Shown: positions 8,162 to 18,231 of the stretch, piece by piece | How positions within the stretch are numbered: position 1 is the stretch's first letter | Layout of the letters: each line of letters opens with the position of its first letter | From: a bacterium | Lineage (GTDB): Bacteria; SAR324; XYD2-FULL-50-16 | Reading direction: 5' to 3' | NCBI GenBank assembly: GCA_032250835.1 | Contig: JAVVEA010000012.1 | Location: 1-64,000, forward strand | Length of the DNA: 64,000 nt | Program-made: the position numbers and the translations under genes | The notes under the pieces: model-generated | Seen by the model: only the letters and a program-made list of their open reading frames with translations | What the model was told of the DNA's origin: nothing | Database searches by the model: none

Positions 8162-10492
8162 ATGAAGCTTCAAACCAAAATCCTGCTCACCTTGACCCCG
8201 CTTTTGGCGGTGATCATCCTAGTCTTAGGCCTGCTCTCGTTCAGTGCCGCACGCCAGGGGGTGTATCAGTCTACCCAGCAATATATGGGGTTGGTTTTAA
8301 AGCAGCGGGTCCAGGAACTAACAGAGACCCAGCAGCTATTGGAGCGCACCGGGTTGGTCCAGGTTCCAGCCTATATTTCCCAATACCAATCGGAGATGTT
8401 AACCCACTTCCGCCAGCGGTCCCAAGAGGAGCCTAGCCTCTACGTTTTGGTGCTCGACTTCCAGGGCCGTGTCCTCTTTGCCAACCACGGCGCTCAAACC
8501 GCAACCTTGCAAGGGGCCTACAGCCAGCTGATCGATCGTTTCACCAAAAGCAATCAATTCGTTAACGGCGAAGTTAGCAGTAACCAGCTCCATCAGGTCT
8601 ACACCGCCCAGCGGTTTTTGCCTTGGCGTTGGGTGGTGGTGGTCGCGACACCGGCCTCTGAAGTGCTGGCTTTGATTAACGAAATCCGTAATCTGACTTG
8701 GATTGCCTCGGGGAGTTCCTTTTTGGTTTTGATGCTGGTGGTTAGCGTCTTCACCCGTAAGTTTCTGGTCAAGCCGATCGACCAACTAAAGACCTCGGCC
8801 AACCGCATCGCCCAAGGGTTAGACCCCGCTGAGCACCTGCCGGAATCAGCCGATGAGTTAGGCGAATTGGCCCAGTCGATCCAACAGATGGCCTATTCGA
8901 TCCAAACCGCCCAAGCCATTTCAAGTGACCTGACCGATGGCTTACAGCGCTCTAAGGAATTCTTAGAGGCAGTCATGCAGAACAGCCCCGATGCTATTTT
9001 CATCTGCAACCGCACCCGCCATATCCTCAATTCAAACATGGCCGCGGTCGAGCTTACGGGGCGCAAGGCAACTCAATTAGAAGGCTTGACGCTAGAACAA
9101 TTATGCTTGACCCCCGAAGCCTCCGAAGCCCTCAAAGAGGCCTTGGATCAAGTCTGTTTCAGCGCAACGGCGCTACATGGTTATGAAGTCGAGCTGGCAG
9201 ACCGGCAAAACCACCCCGTGCCCACCATGTTGGGCGCTTCGGTGGTGGATGACGGGCCTAGGTTGAGGATGGTGGTCAGTCTGCAAAACATCTCCACCCG
9301 GGTCGCAGCTGAAGCCGCGTTACTGCGCGCCAAAGAAGAAGCTGAGGCGGCGGCCAAAATCAAGACCGAGTTTTTGGCCAATATGAGCCATGAAATCCGC
9401 ACCCCTTTGAACACCATCTTAGGCTACGCCGAACTCCTCGACCAAGAGGTGTTCGATCCGCGCCACAAATCCCACCTAAGCTCGATCCGCTTAGGGGGCA
9501 ACAATCTCTTGACCTTGATCAACGACATCTTAGACCTCTCTAAGATCGAGGCAGGCCGGCTTGAGCCTAAGCGCCAGGCCCTCTCCATCGAAAAACTACT
9601 CTTTGAAACCCGCCAAATCTTCGCGCTTTCAACGGAGTCGAAGGGCCTCTATTGTGAGGTGGAACTAGATACCCCCCTACCGCCTTGGTTGATGTTAGAC
9701 GGAGCCCGTATCCGCCAAATCCTGGTCAATCTAGTGGGCAATGCCGTCAAGTTCACCAAGACCGGCGGGATCATCCTTAAAGCCCAGTTTACGGGCAAGC
9801 TCGATGGTCGGGGCCGCCTGGAGATCGCCGTCATCGACACCGGTATCGGCATCGCCGAGAACCAGCAACAACGCATCTTTGAATCCTTCCGCCAAGGGAG
9901 CACGGATATTACGGTAGAATATGGCGGGACGGGCCTCGGCTTGGCGATCAGTTCCAAATTGGCCCAGTTACTCGGCGGTGACCTAGTGTTAGACAGCCAG
10001 CCCGGCCAGGGCAGTCGCTTTACGCTGGTTTTAGAACAAGTCGAATTGGCCGAACCGCCCACCCAGGAAGAGAGCGCCCCGCAAGCCTTCGACCTTGCCA
10101 ACTACCGCTTCCAACCAGCTACGCTCCTGGTGGTGGACGACTCGGAGATGAACCGTACTCTGCTGCGGGGATTTTTAGAAAAGGTGGGTCTGCAAACCCT
10201 AGATGCCGCCAATGGTTTGGAGGCCCTCGAGGTGGCCAAACGCAACCGACCGCAGATGATCTTAATGGACCTCAAGATGCCCTTGATGGACGGCTACGAG
10301 GCCACCGCCGAATTAAAACGAGACCGCTCAACTGCCCCGATCCCGGTACTGGCCGTGACCGCCTCGGTACTACAGCCCGATTTGGACCAAATCGATCAAT
10401 TAGGATTTGAAGGTTACCTGCTCAAGCCAGTGGGCATGCAAGCATTGTTTGATGTGTTAGCCCGGTACCTACCGCTCCACACTGGGATATAA
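8162..10492 (+). CDS. Hybrid sensor histidine kinase (Cache-HAMP-PAS-HisKA-HATPase-REC)
   Basis: FLANMSHEIRTPLN, GGTGLGL, receiver MDLKMP. Confidence 0.95.
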   Translation: MKLQTKILLTLTPLLAVIILVLGLLSFSAARQGVYQSTQQYMGLVLKQRVQELTETQQLLERTGLVQVPAYISQYQSEMLTHFRQRSQEEPSLYVLVLDFQGRVLFANHGAQTATLQGAYSQLIDRFTKSNQFVNGEVSSNQLHQVYTAQRFLPWRWVVVVATPASEVLALINEIRNLTWIASGSSFLVLMLVVSVFTRKFLVKPIDQLKTSANRIAQGLDPAEHLPESADELGELAQSIQQMAYSIQTAQAISSDLTDGLQRSKEFLEAVMQNSPDAIFICNRTRHILNSNMAAVELTGRKATQLEGLTLEQLCLTPEASEALKEALDQVCFSATALHGYEVELADRQNHPVPTMLGASVVDDGPRLRMVVSLQNISTRVAAEAALLRAKEEAEAAAKIKTEFLANMSHEIRTPLNTILGYAELLDQEVFDPRHKSHLSSIRLGGNNLLTLINDILDLSKIEAGRLEPKRQALSIEKLLFETRQIFALSTESKGLYCEVELDTPLPPWLMLDGARIRQILVNLVGNAVKFTKTGGIILKAQFTGKLDGRGRLEIAVIDTGIGIAENQQQRIFESFRQGSTDITVEYGGTGLGLAISSKLAQLLGGDLVLDSQPGQGSRFTLVLEQVELAEPPTQEESAPQAFDLANYRFQPATLLVVDDSEMNRTLLRGFLEKVGLQTLDAANGLEALEVAKRNRPQMILMDLKMPLMDGYEATAELKRDRSTAPIPVLAVTASVLQPDLDQIDQLGFEGYLLKPVGMQALFDVLARYLPLHTGI

Positions 10493-10613
10493 ACCCTAAG
10501 TACCCTTTCGGAACCTTCTGTTTTTCCAGAATTTAGCTTGCAATTGCTCGGCATCGCAGAGAAAATAAGGGAAACCTCACGCCTGTCACCTTGATGCTAC
10601 CGGACCCAATCTA

Positions 10614-12092
10614 GTGGAAAACCCGAGCCTGCAAGAGCTGTCGCTCAAAATACACCACCTAGAGCCGGGGATGCTGCTGGTCAAGTTTCTAGACGTCCCG
10701 CCTAAGCTCCGCCACACCACCGGTAAGACCATCGCTTTTTTAAGGAAGTTCGAATTCCGCAACCTCACGGTGCGGCGCTTTGACCGAACCGAAATACTAG
10801 ACGCCGACGAATTGGAAGAAGGGGATTACCTGCTGGCCTTTGGACGCCTAGTTGCGCCGGTAACCATCAAAAACGCCTTACATGTAGAGGTACTCAAACA
10901 GGTGGGCTTTGAGCAGGCCCTGGTGCTTAAAAAGGTACCGGCCAAAAAGGTTAAAACCATTCCCGTTGCCCAGGAATTAAGCCGGATTCCTATAAGCGAG
11001 CGGAGCCAGTTTGACCCCAACTGGAAGCTGGGCGGACGTAAGACCACCGGCGTTCAAGCCGACAAAAAGCGGTCTCAATTTGACAACTTCGGGCCCGAAC
11101 CCGCCGCCTCGACCCCGAGCCGCAAAGACCCAACGGCAGCTGGCGAGTTACACGCCATCCAAGACCATTTAGGCTGGGCCCAACGGGTGACCGAAGAGGG
11201 AACCCAGCTGCTCGACGAGCTATACTCCACCAATTTCATCAACCAGCAGGCGATCAAGGGTTCCTTAGAGCTAGGGGCCGAGTTGGTCCGGCTGGTGGAA
11301 GCCAATCCGCAAGCCGGGCAGGTGATGAGCCTGCTGCATGATGAAGACCGCTATACTTACCGCCATTCGGTAGATGTGGCTCATTATGTGATCAGTGCTT
11401 GCCACGTTATGCGCGGGCTGGGCGGTGAACGTTTGGCGGCGGTAGCCTCGGGCGCTTTATTACACGATGTGGGCAAGTCTAAACTCCCCAAGGCCCTGTT
11501 GCTAAAACAGGGCCGCTTCAATGAGCGCGAAAGGGCGCTGATGCGCCAGCACCCCGACCTGGGTGCCGAATTGCTGGGCGGGATGGGCTTTGGCTCTCTC
11601 CAAATCGACATCGTGCGCCACCACCATGTCACCCGCATCGGCGGCTACCCCAATTTCCCCTACCAGAAAACCACCAATTTGGCCCGACTGACCGGCGTGT
11701 GCGACATCTACCAAGCACTCACCACCAGACGCCCTTACAAGGAAACGGAACCACCCAATCAAGCCTTACGCAGCCTGCTGCTGCTCTCGAAAAGCCAAAT
11801 CGACCCTGAGGTGGTGCTCTTCTTTATTAAAGCCCTAGGCGTCTTCCCGGTGGGTAGTACTGTCTTGCTGAGCAACCAGCAGGTCGCCTTTGTGGTGGGC
11901 CGCAGCGAAAACTCGGCAAGGCCCAAGGTGGTCCCGGTAATTGATGCCCAGGGTGAACCGATCATCAACCATGACTTGATCGACCTAAGTCTGCCCGACT
12001 TCGCCGAGCTATCGATCCAAACGGCGGTGGACCACCATGACTATTTTAAGGACCAAGCTTTGGACCTCTTTCAAAACCTCTCGGTTCTATGA
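10614..12092 (+). CDS. HD-GYP phosphodiesterase
   Basis: YTYRHS, LLHDVGK, GGYP, DIYQALTTRRPYK, FPVGSTV. Confidence 0.9.
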   Translation: MENPSLQELSLKIHHLEPGMLLVKFLDVPPKLRHTTGKTIAFLRKFEFRNLTVRRFDRTEILDADELEEGDYLLAFGRLVAPVTIKNALHVEVLKQVGFEQALVLKKVPAKKVKTIPVAQELSRIPISERSQFDPNWKLGGRKTTGVQADKKRSQFDNFGPEPAASTPSRKDPTAAGELHAIQDHLGWAQRVTEEGTQLLDELYSTNFINQQAIKGSLELGAELVRLVEANPQAGQVMSLLHDEDRYTYRHSVDVAHYVISACHVMRGLGGERLAAVASGALLHDVGKSKLPKALLLKQGRFNERERALMRQHPDLGAELLGGMGFGSLQIDIVRHHHVTRIGGYPNFPYQKTTNLARLTGVCDIYQALTTRRPYKETEPPNQALRSLLLLSKSQIDPEVVLFFIKALGVFPVGSTVLLSNQQVAFVVGRSENSARPKVVPVIDAQGEPIINHDLIDLSLPDFAELSIQTAVDHHDYFKDQALDLFQNLSVL

Positions 12093-12149
12093 GCTTGCCC
12101 CGGTGTATCCTAGGCGGTAGAATGACACTCATCCTTTAAAAGGGTTTCG

Positions 12150-14081
12150 ATGCGCCGTCTGCTGCTGTTTTTGCTCTTCTTAGTTCCCTTCGGCGGCCTC
12201 TGTGCCGCGCCCGTTGAATTATACCTCAAATGGAAACACCAGTTCCAATTTGCCGGGTTTTACGCGGCTATCTCACAGGGATATTACCGCGAGGCGGGCC
12301 TTGAGGTGACCTTAATCGAGCGGCAAAAAGACCTCGCTCCGGTAACGGCGGTGCTTGATCAACCGGCGCGCTACGGGATTTCCGATTCCAGCTTGGTCTT
12401 AGACCGGATGCAAGGTAGGCCGGTGGTGGTGGTTGCCGCTATCTTCCAGCACAGCCCCCTTGCCTTGGCGACCCGAGCCGCAGACCGATTGATCAGCCCT
12501 TTAGAGCTCAAGGGAAAGCGGGTGATGCTGCAAGACAACGTGGACGACGCGGTCTTAACGGCCATGTTCCACGAAATGGGCCTAGAAAAGTCCGACTTTG
12601 TTTTGCTGCCCCATGCCTTTAATGACGATCTTTTGATCGACAAAAAGGTAGACGCCCTTTCGGTCTACGGCTCCAATCAGCCCTTTTATTATAAACAAAA
12701 GGGGATATCTATCCATCTGATCGAGCCGATCAACTATGGAATCGATTTTTACGGCGACATGATCTTCACCTCCCAAAGGGAAGTGGAACAAAACCCCGAG
12801 CGGGTTCAAGCCTTCCGTAAGGCCAGCTTAAAGGGCTGGGACTATGCCCTCAAACATCCCGCCGAGGTGGTGGATTTGATTCTGAGCCGCTACGGTCCAG
12901 ACAAAACCCGCGAGCACTTGCTCTTTGAGGCCGAAGAATTGCGCAAGATGATCCGGCCCGATTTGATCGAGTTAGGCTACACCAGCGCCTCCCGCTTCCA
13001 GCGGATCGCCGACATCTACACCAAAGAGGGATTTGCGCCTCAGGTCGAGTTAGAGGGCTTGCTGGTAGAGGACTACCTAGGCGGCAAACAAAGATCACAG
13101 CGGGTCTTGTTGGTCTTAGCCACCCTGGCCGGGGTAGCCATAGTCTTAGCGGTCTTGCTGGCCCTATTCAACCGCCGCTTAAAACAACGGGTGATCCAGC
13201 GAACCCGTAACCTGGTCGAAGCTAAGGAGGCGCTCAATCAGTACGTGGGGATCGTAGACAAATATGTGATCACCTCGAGCACCGACCGGCACGGCGTGAT
13301 CACCGATGTGTCCGAGGCTTTCTGCCATATTAGCGGCTATTCCAAAGACGAATTGCTGGGCCGAGCGCACAACATCGTCCGGCACCCCGACATGCCCCAA
13401 AGCCTGTACCAGGAGATGTGGAAGGAGCTAAAAGCTGGTAAAAGCTGGTGTGGAGAGATCAAAAATCTAAAAAAAGACGGCGGCTTTTATTGGGTCTTGG
13501 TCAACATCGAACCGGTTTTAGAGGCCGGGCATGTGGTCGGTTACACCGCCATCCGCCAAGACATCACCGACCGCAAGGAGGTAGAGGCCCAAGCGGTAAC
13601 CGACCGACTGACCCAGTTGGCCAACCGGATGAAGCTGGATCAGGTCTTTGAACAGGAAATTGCCCGAGTCCGCCGCTACAACCACCCCCTTTCGGTCATC
13701 CTCTTTGACTTAGACCACTTCAAATCGGTCAACGACCAATGGGGCCACCAAGTCGGTGATTTGGTGCTGCAAGAGGTCGCCCAGATCGCTCAGCTGCGGG
13801 TGCGCGAGGCCGACACGCTGGGCCGCTGGGGCGGAGAAGAGTTTATGGTGATCTGCCCCGAAACGGACTTGGAGGGTGCCCGGCAACTGGCCGAAAAGCT
13901 CCGTTCGGCCCTAGAGGAACACCAATTCCCCAAGGTGGAACGTAAAACCGCCAGCTTTGGGGTCGCCCAGCTGGCGGGCGATGAAGAAGGACCCGAGGCA
14001 CTAGTCAAGCGCGCAGACGATGCGCTCTACCAAGCCAAAGAGTCGGGCCGTAATCAGGTCAAGGCTCAGGCGACTCCTTAG
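12150..14081 (+). CDS. Diguanylate cyclase with NMT1-like periplasmic domain and PAS
   Basis: LKWKHQFQFAGFYAA, PAS (HNIVRHPD), WGGEEF. Confidence 0.95.
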   Translation: MRRLLLFLLFLVPFGGLCAAPVELYLKWKHQFQFAGFYAAISQGYYREAGLEVTLIERQKDLAPVTAVLDQPARYGISDSSLVLDRMQGRPVVVVAAIFQHSPLALATRAADRLISPLELKGKRVMLQDNVDDAVLTAMFHEMGLEKSDFVLLPHAFNDDLLIDKKVDALSVYGSNQPFYYKQKGISIHLIEPINYGIDFYGDMIFTSQREVEQNPERVQAFRKASLKGWDYALKHPAEVVDLILSRYGPDKTREHLLFEAEELRKMIRPDLIELGYTSASRFQRIADIYTKEGFAPQVELEGLLVEDYLGGKQRSQRVLLVLATLAGVAIVLAVLLALFNRRLKQRVIQRTRNLVEAKEALNQYVGIVDKYVITSSTDRHGVITDVSEAFCHISGYSKDELLGRAHNIVRHPDMPQSLYQEMWKELKAGKSWCGEIKNLKKDGGFYWVLVNIEPVLEAGHVVGYTAIRQDITDRKEVEAQAVTDRLTQLANRMKLDQVFEQEIARVRRYNHPLSVILFDLDHFKSVNDQWGHQVGDLVLQEVAQIAQLRVREADTLGRWGGEEFMVICPETDLEGARQLAEKLRSALEEHQFPKVERKTASFGVAQLAGDEEGPEALVKRADDALYQAKESGRNQVKAQATP

Positions 14082-15867
14082 CCCAATGGGCCAAAAACCG
14101 CTGGGCCGCTTCTTGACCCATGTATTTTTGCAGCTGCTTTTGGGGCGTTTTCAGGAGGTCGACCACCAAGAAGGCATCCGCGACATCCGAGAAGTCTGGG
14201 TCTAGATTAAAACCCAAGATCTTCCCGCCTAACTTAAGGTATTGCTTGAGTAAAATGGGTACCCCCCGCTGGCCCTGTTCCAACTCCAAAACCAACTCAC
14301 CGAGCTGATCAAAGTCTTCCACACCCTGCAGCAGAGCGCGCTCGTCAGGGTTCAGGTTCAACTTGAGCGGCCTACGCGGCTTGGCCCCTTTGGCCAAATC
14401 AGCGTCCCAGAGGCGGTCTTTTAAAAAGGCCATCATCAAGCTGCGCGAACGGGCGTTGTAGTCCGCCGAGATACTCACCGGACCAAAGAGAAAACGACAC
14501 TCTGGGTGCCCAGCCACAAAAGCGCCGATCCCCTTCCAAAGCAACATAAGCGGTAAAAAACTCTTTTGGGCTTCTGGGCGAACGAAGCTGCGGCCTAGTT
14601 CCAGGCCGGGGCTAAGATGCTGTAACAGTTGGCTGCGCATCGTGAAGAGGCTAGAAAGGTAAAACCCCTTTTTACGGAATCGGCGGTAAATCTCTTGACC
14701 CAAGCCGATCCGGTAGGCACCCAAAACCTGTTGGGCCTCTTGGTCCCACAAAAAGAGATGGTGGTAATATTCGTCAAAAAGGTCCAGGTCGCGGGCCTTG
14801 CCGGTGCCTTCGCCCACAGCGCGGAAGGACAACTCCCTTAAGCGCCCGATCTCGGCTAAAACCTTGGGGATCTGTTGGGCCTGGGCACAAATCACCTGCA
14901 CCGGGGCTTTCTCGCTCAAAAGAGCCGCTGGGCCCAGGGCGCTCACTTCGGCCTGTAGGTCTGCCGGGTTTTGGGCCTCGGCTAAAGGCTCGGCTGGCTG
15001 ATTGGGCGCGAGCCGTCCCTTGGGACTGGCCCGGTGGCCCAACAACAGACAGCGTTGGCGCAGATAGTCCATCAGCGCTTGGTCTTCGGGGTAACGCTCC
15101 AGCTTGGTGGGCTCTAAGGGGCTGCCCAGCTGCAGTTTAAGCTTAAACTCTAATTTATTGAGCAGTTCACGGGCCAGCAAGGCCGTCTTCAGGCGGGCGT
15201 TGATCGCGGCGGCTAATTGAAACCACAGGCTGTTGCGCCCTTCGAAGTGGACCAACAACACCTGGGCCCCGGTTTTGCGGACCAACCGGGCCAGGTTGGC
15301 CTGCCAAGGGGCTTCGGTCAGGCGTCCACTGACCCAGTCCATCTGCGCCACCTCGCCCGAAGGGAAAAGCCCCAAAACCCCGCCGCCCTTGACCCAGTCC
15401 ATCGACTGTTTGAGGGCCCGAAGATTGCCGCGAGCCGCCTCTGGGCCCCCGTAGGGGTCTACATAAAAGCAACGTTCAGAAGTGTCCGGCAGATGCCCCA
15501 AGAAATGGTTCACCAGCAACCGCAAGTCCGGCCGCTTGCGAGCAATCACCTGGGCTAAAGCCATTCCTTCTAGGGCCCCAAAGGGGTGGTTAGCCATTAC
15601 CAGCAAGGGACCTTCGGCGGGAATCCGGTCCAAGTCGGCGTCCGAAACCTCAATGTCTACCTTGAGGTGCTTGAGCACCTGTTCGAAGAAATCCTCGCCC
15701 CCTTCACGTTCAAATTCCTCATAATATTGCCGCCCCATCTCACTCAGGCCCGTGGCTTTCTCGACCAACGGGGTCAACTGCCGCAACAGCGCGGCCTTAA
15801 AACCGGTGCCCTGAGTGATGGGAAGGCGGAACAGACGCTTGGGCCGGGGATCGGAAAACTGGTTCAT
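14059..15867 (-). CDS. Bifunctional PlsC-type acyltransferase + GNAT N-acyltransferase (OlsF-like ornithine lipid synthase)
   Basis: ANHPFG and LFPSGEV (acyltransferase); EIGRLRELSFR, DLDLFD and LELGRSFV (OlsB-like GNAT). Confidence 0.8.
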   Translation of the reverse strand: MNQFSDPRPKRLFRLPITQGTGFKAALLRQLTPLVEKATGLSEMGRQYYEEFEREGGEDFFEQVLKHLKVDIEVSDADLDRIPAEGPLLVMANHPFGALEGMALAQVIARKRPDLRLLVNHFLGHLPDTSERCFYVDPYGGPEAARGNLRALKQSMDWVKGGGVLGLFPSGEVAQMDWVSGRLTEAPWQANLARLVRKTGAQVLLVHFEGRNSLWFQLAAAINARLKTALLARELLNKLEFKLKLQLGSPLEPTKLERYPEDQALMDYLRQRCLLLGHRASPKGRLAPNQPAEPLAEAQNPADLQAEVSALGPAALLSEKAPVQVICAQAQQIPKVLAEIGRLRELSFRAVGEGTGKARDLDLFDEYYHHLFLWDQEAQQVLGAYRIGLGQEIYRRFRKKGFYLSSLFTMRSQLLQHLSPGLELGRSFVRPEAQKSFLPLMLLWKGIGAFVAGHPECRFLFGPVSISADYNARSRSLMMAFLKDRLWDADLAKGAKPRRPLKLNLNPDERALLQGVEDFDQLGELVLELEQGQRGVPILLKQYLKLGGKILGFNLDPDFSDVADAFLVVDLLKTPQKQLQKYMGQEAAQRFLAHWAKESPEP

Positions 15868-16140
15868 CGGTCTCCTGGGTTGTGATGGATTTCACCGCTA
15901 ATCTAGAGAAGGGAAGGGTAGGGGACATCAGAGAGCTGTAAAATCTTGATCAAAGCCATTTACCTACATTTTTTTCCATTTGGGGGGGCTTTAGGGCGCA
16001 GCTGCTACAAGGTTTTTGCGGGCGGCAGGGGGTATAGGCCCTAAAAAAAGCCTTTAACCACGTTCAATTATTTAGTATGATCGGCCACAGCTTGATCCAA
16101 CTTTGGATCACCAAGGAATCACCGACACTGAGACCTGAAT

Positions 16141-17389
16141 ATGAATCAAACTGTAAGGCCTGCGGGCTACCGGGGCACTAAGCTTTGGCTATTGTCCCTG
16201 CTTTTTTGGGGCCTCTTGACCGCCCCGACGGCCCAGGCCGCAGACATCCTGATTTATTCATCGAGCCACAAAAACCAAGGCACGACCCAGGTAAAACAGC
16301 CCAGCGGGACCTTGGTCTTGCAAGTCAGCAGTTTTTCTAAAATCTTGCAGGTCACCCTAAACGGGCAACCGGTACCCTTCAAAGGCACCGATGTGGCCGA
16401 GGTGAAAGCCCCCTACCAACTAGAAAAAGGGATCAACCGGTTAGAAATCGAGGTGAGCACCGAAGAGGGAAGCTTAGATAAAACCTTCATTCTCGCCTAC
16501 GGAGAAGCCCCCCAACGCCAAGCCAGCCCCCCAACGCCAAGCCAGCCCCCTACGCCTCAACCTAATGGGCGGTTTAAACTACAGCGACAACGTGGCGCTG
16601 GTCCCAAGTGACCAAAAAGAAAGTGGTACTTGGTTTGATCTGGTCTTTTTGCCGGGCTACCGGTTTGATCTGGGTTCCTCACAGTTGGACCTATCGGGAA
16701 TTTTTCTTTGGGAAAAATACACGAAGAAAGACCAAGCTCCCGAAGAAATCCAGCTGAATCAAGTCACCTTGGGCTACTTGAACCCAGGCATGTTGGGTAA
16801 ATGGAAGCTTGAAGGCGGCTACCGAACCTTTGGTACCGAAAACGATGGCTTAGTGGCCAAAAGCCAAGAGGGCAACGAGCTTTTCTTTGGCGGCAACGGC
16901 CCCTTGGACCTAGGGGTGCCTTTGATCGTTACGGCCAAGTTCACTCAGCGGGTTTTAACCAACGGCGGCACCGAAGGCTACGACCCCGACGGGAACCTCT
17001 ACCAAGTTTCGGCCCGTTGGACCCTCAAAGGCAACGGCCTGAGCCAAAACGTCTCGGGCGGGTTCGACCTGATGGACGCCAAAGGCCAATATAAGGACAA
17101 CCAAGCCCTACGCTTAGGTTATGGATTGGACCTACCCTTGAGCCAGACGATGGGCCTTAAAACGGCCTATGACCTAAAAAAGACGGACTACTCCAAAGCT
17201 GACCCGGCCTATGGCGTTGCCGAATCAGACCTACGCCACCGGGTTTCGGCCGAGGGGACCTACCGGTTCGGGGGTATTGAGGGATTAGCGGCTCTGGGCG
17301 AGGTCGCCTACGAGACCCGCAGTTCGAACCTGGACGCCCGAACGTATACAGCCAGTTTGTTTAAGATTTCCGCATTATACAGCTTTTAG
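16141..17389 (+). pseudogene. Exported protein (Ig-like N-domain + outer-membrane beta-barrel) split by a 19-bp duplication
   Basis: ORFs 16141-16611 and 16565-17389 join in frame (409 aa) if one 19-bp unit is removed. Only the first has a signal peptide and only the second ends in YSF. Confidence 0.8.
16506..16550 (+). repeat. 19-bp perfect tandem repeat (2.4 copies)
   Basis: agccccccaacgccaagcc at 16506 and 16525, followed by agccccc. Confidence 0.95.
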
Positions 17390-17398
17390 GAGTAGGAG

Positions 17399-18205
17399 AT
17401 GAGTAATCGTAAGACCTTATTGACCTTTTGGGTTCTCCTGCTCGTTGGCCTGATCAGCGCCCCCAGCCTTTGGGCGGCTGATCAAGGAGAATTGTTTTTG
17501 ATCCGTGGTAAGGTGAAGATCACCTTGGGCGGGGAATCTAAAATCTTTACCCAAGCCAACCAAACCACCCCGCTGGCCCAAGGGGCCCAGGTACAAACCG
17601 CCGAAGACACGCGGGCCCGGGTGGTGCTTTATAGCAGCGATACGGTGGAGCTATACGCCAATAGCCTAGTGAAGTTGGATCAACTGAACCAAAAAAACAC
17701 CCGCATCGACCTGCCCTTAGGCAAAGTCCGCTTTACGGTCAATCCCCAGAGCGGCGGGCGGCGATTTCAGGTGCGCACCCTCAACGCCGTCTTAGGCGTC
17801 AAAGGTACCGACTTCTTGGTGCAGAGTATCGGCGGAGCCACCCAGGCGATGGATATAGAAGGTTTGGTCTCGCTGGCCAATGCCCAGGGCGGTGGCTCCG
17901 TAGACCTCGGCCCCAATAGCGCGTCCCAAGTACTGGGCAACCAACCCCCAGCCAAGCCCGTTAAGGTAACTAAGGAACAACAAACAGCCATCTTGGCTCA
18001 GGACGAAGCCGAAAGCTGGGATCAATTGGGCTTAAGTCTGCCCGAAGAAGCAGTCCCCTTCGAAGTTGGTACCGGAGGCATCGACGAAGCCCTTGATAGC
18101 CTAAAGGATGTGCGGGAAAACCTCGGCAGCCTCAAAGACACCCTAAACGTTACGGACCGCGAATTAAAGATCACGGTGACCACGGACAACGAGCCCTTTG
18201 AATAA
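17399..18205 (+). CDS. FecR domain-containing exported protein
   Basis: Signal peptide, FQVRTLNAVLGVKGTDF and IEGLV FecR-type motifs, strong SD. Confidence 0.85.
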   Translation: MSNRKTLLTFWVLLLVGLISAPSLWAADQGELFLIRGKVKITLGGESKIFTQANQTTPLAQGAQVQTAEDTRARVVLYSSDTVELYANSLVKLDQLNQKNTRIDLPLGKVRFTVNPQSGGRRFQVRTLNAVLGVKGTDFLVQSIGGATQAMDIEGLVSLANAQGGGSVDLGPNSASQVLGNQPPAKPVKVTKEQQTAILAQDEAESWDQLGLSLPEEAVPFEVGTGGIDEALDSLKDVRENLGSLKDTLNVTDRELKITVTTDNEPFE

Positions 18206-18231
18206 TCAGACCCAAAATCTGTGAGCAGACC

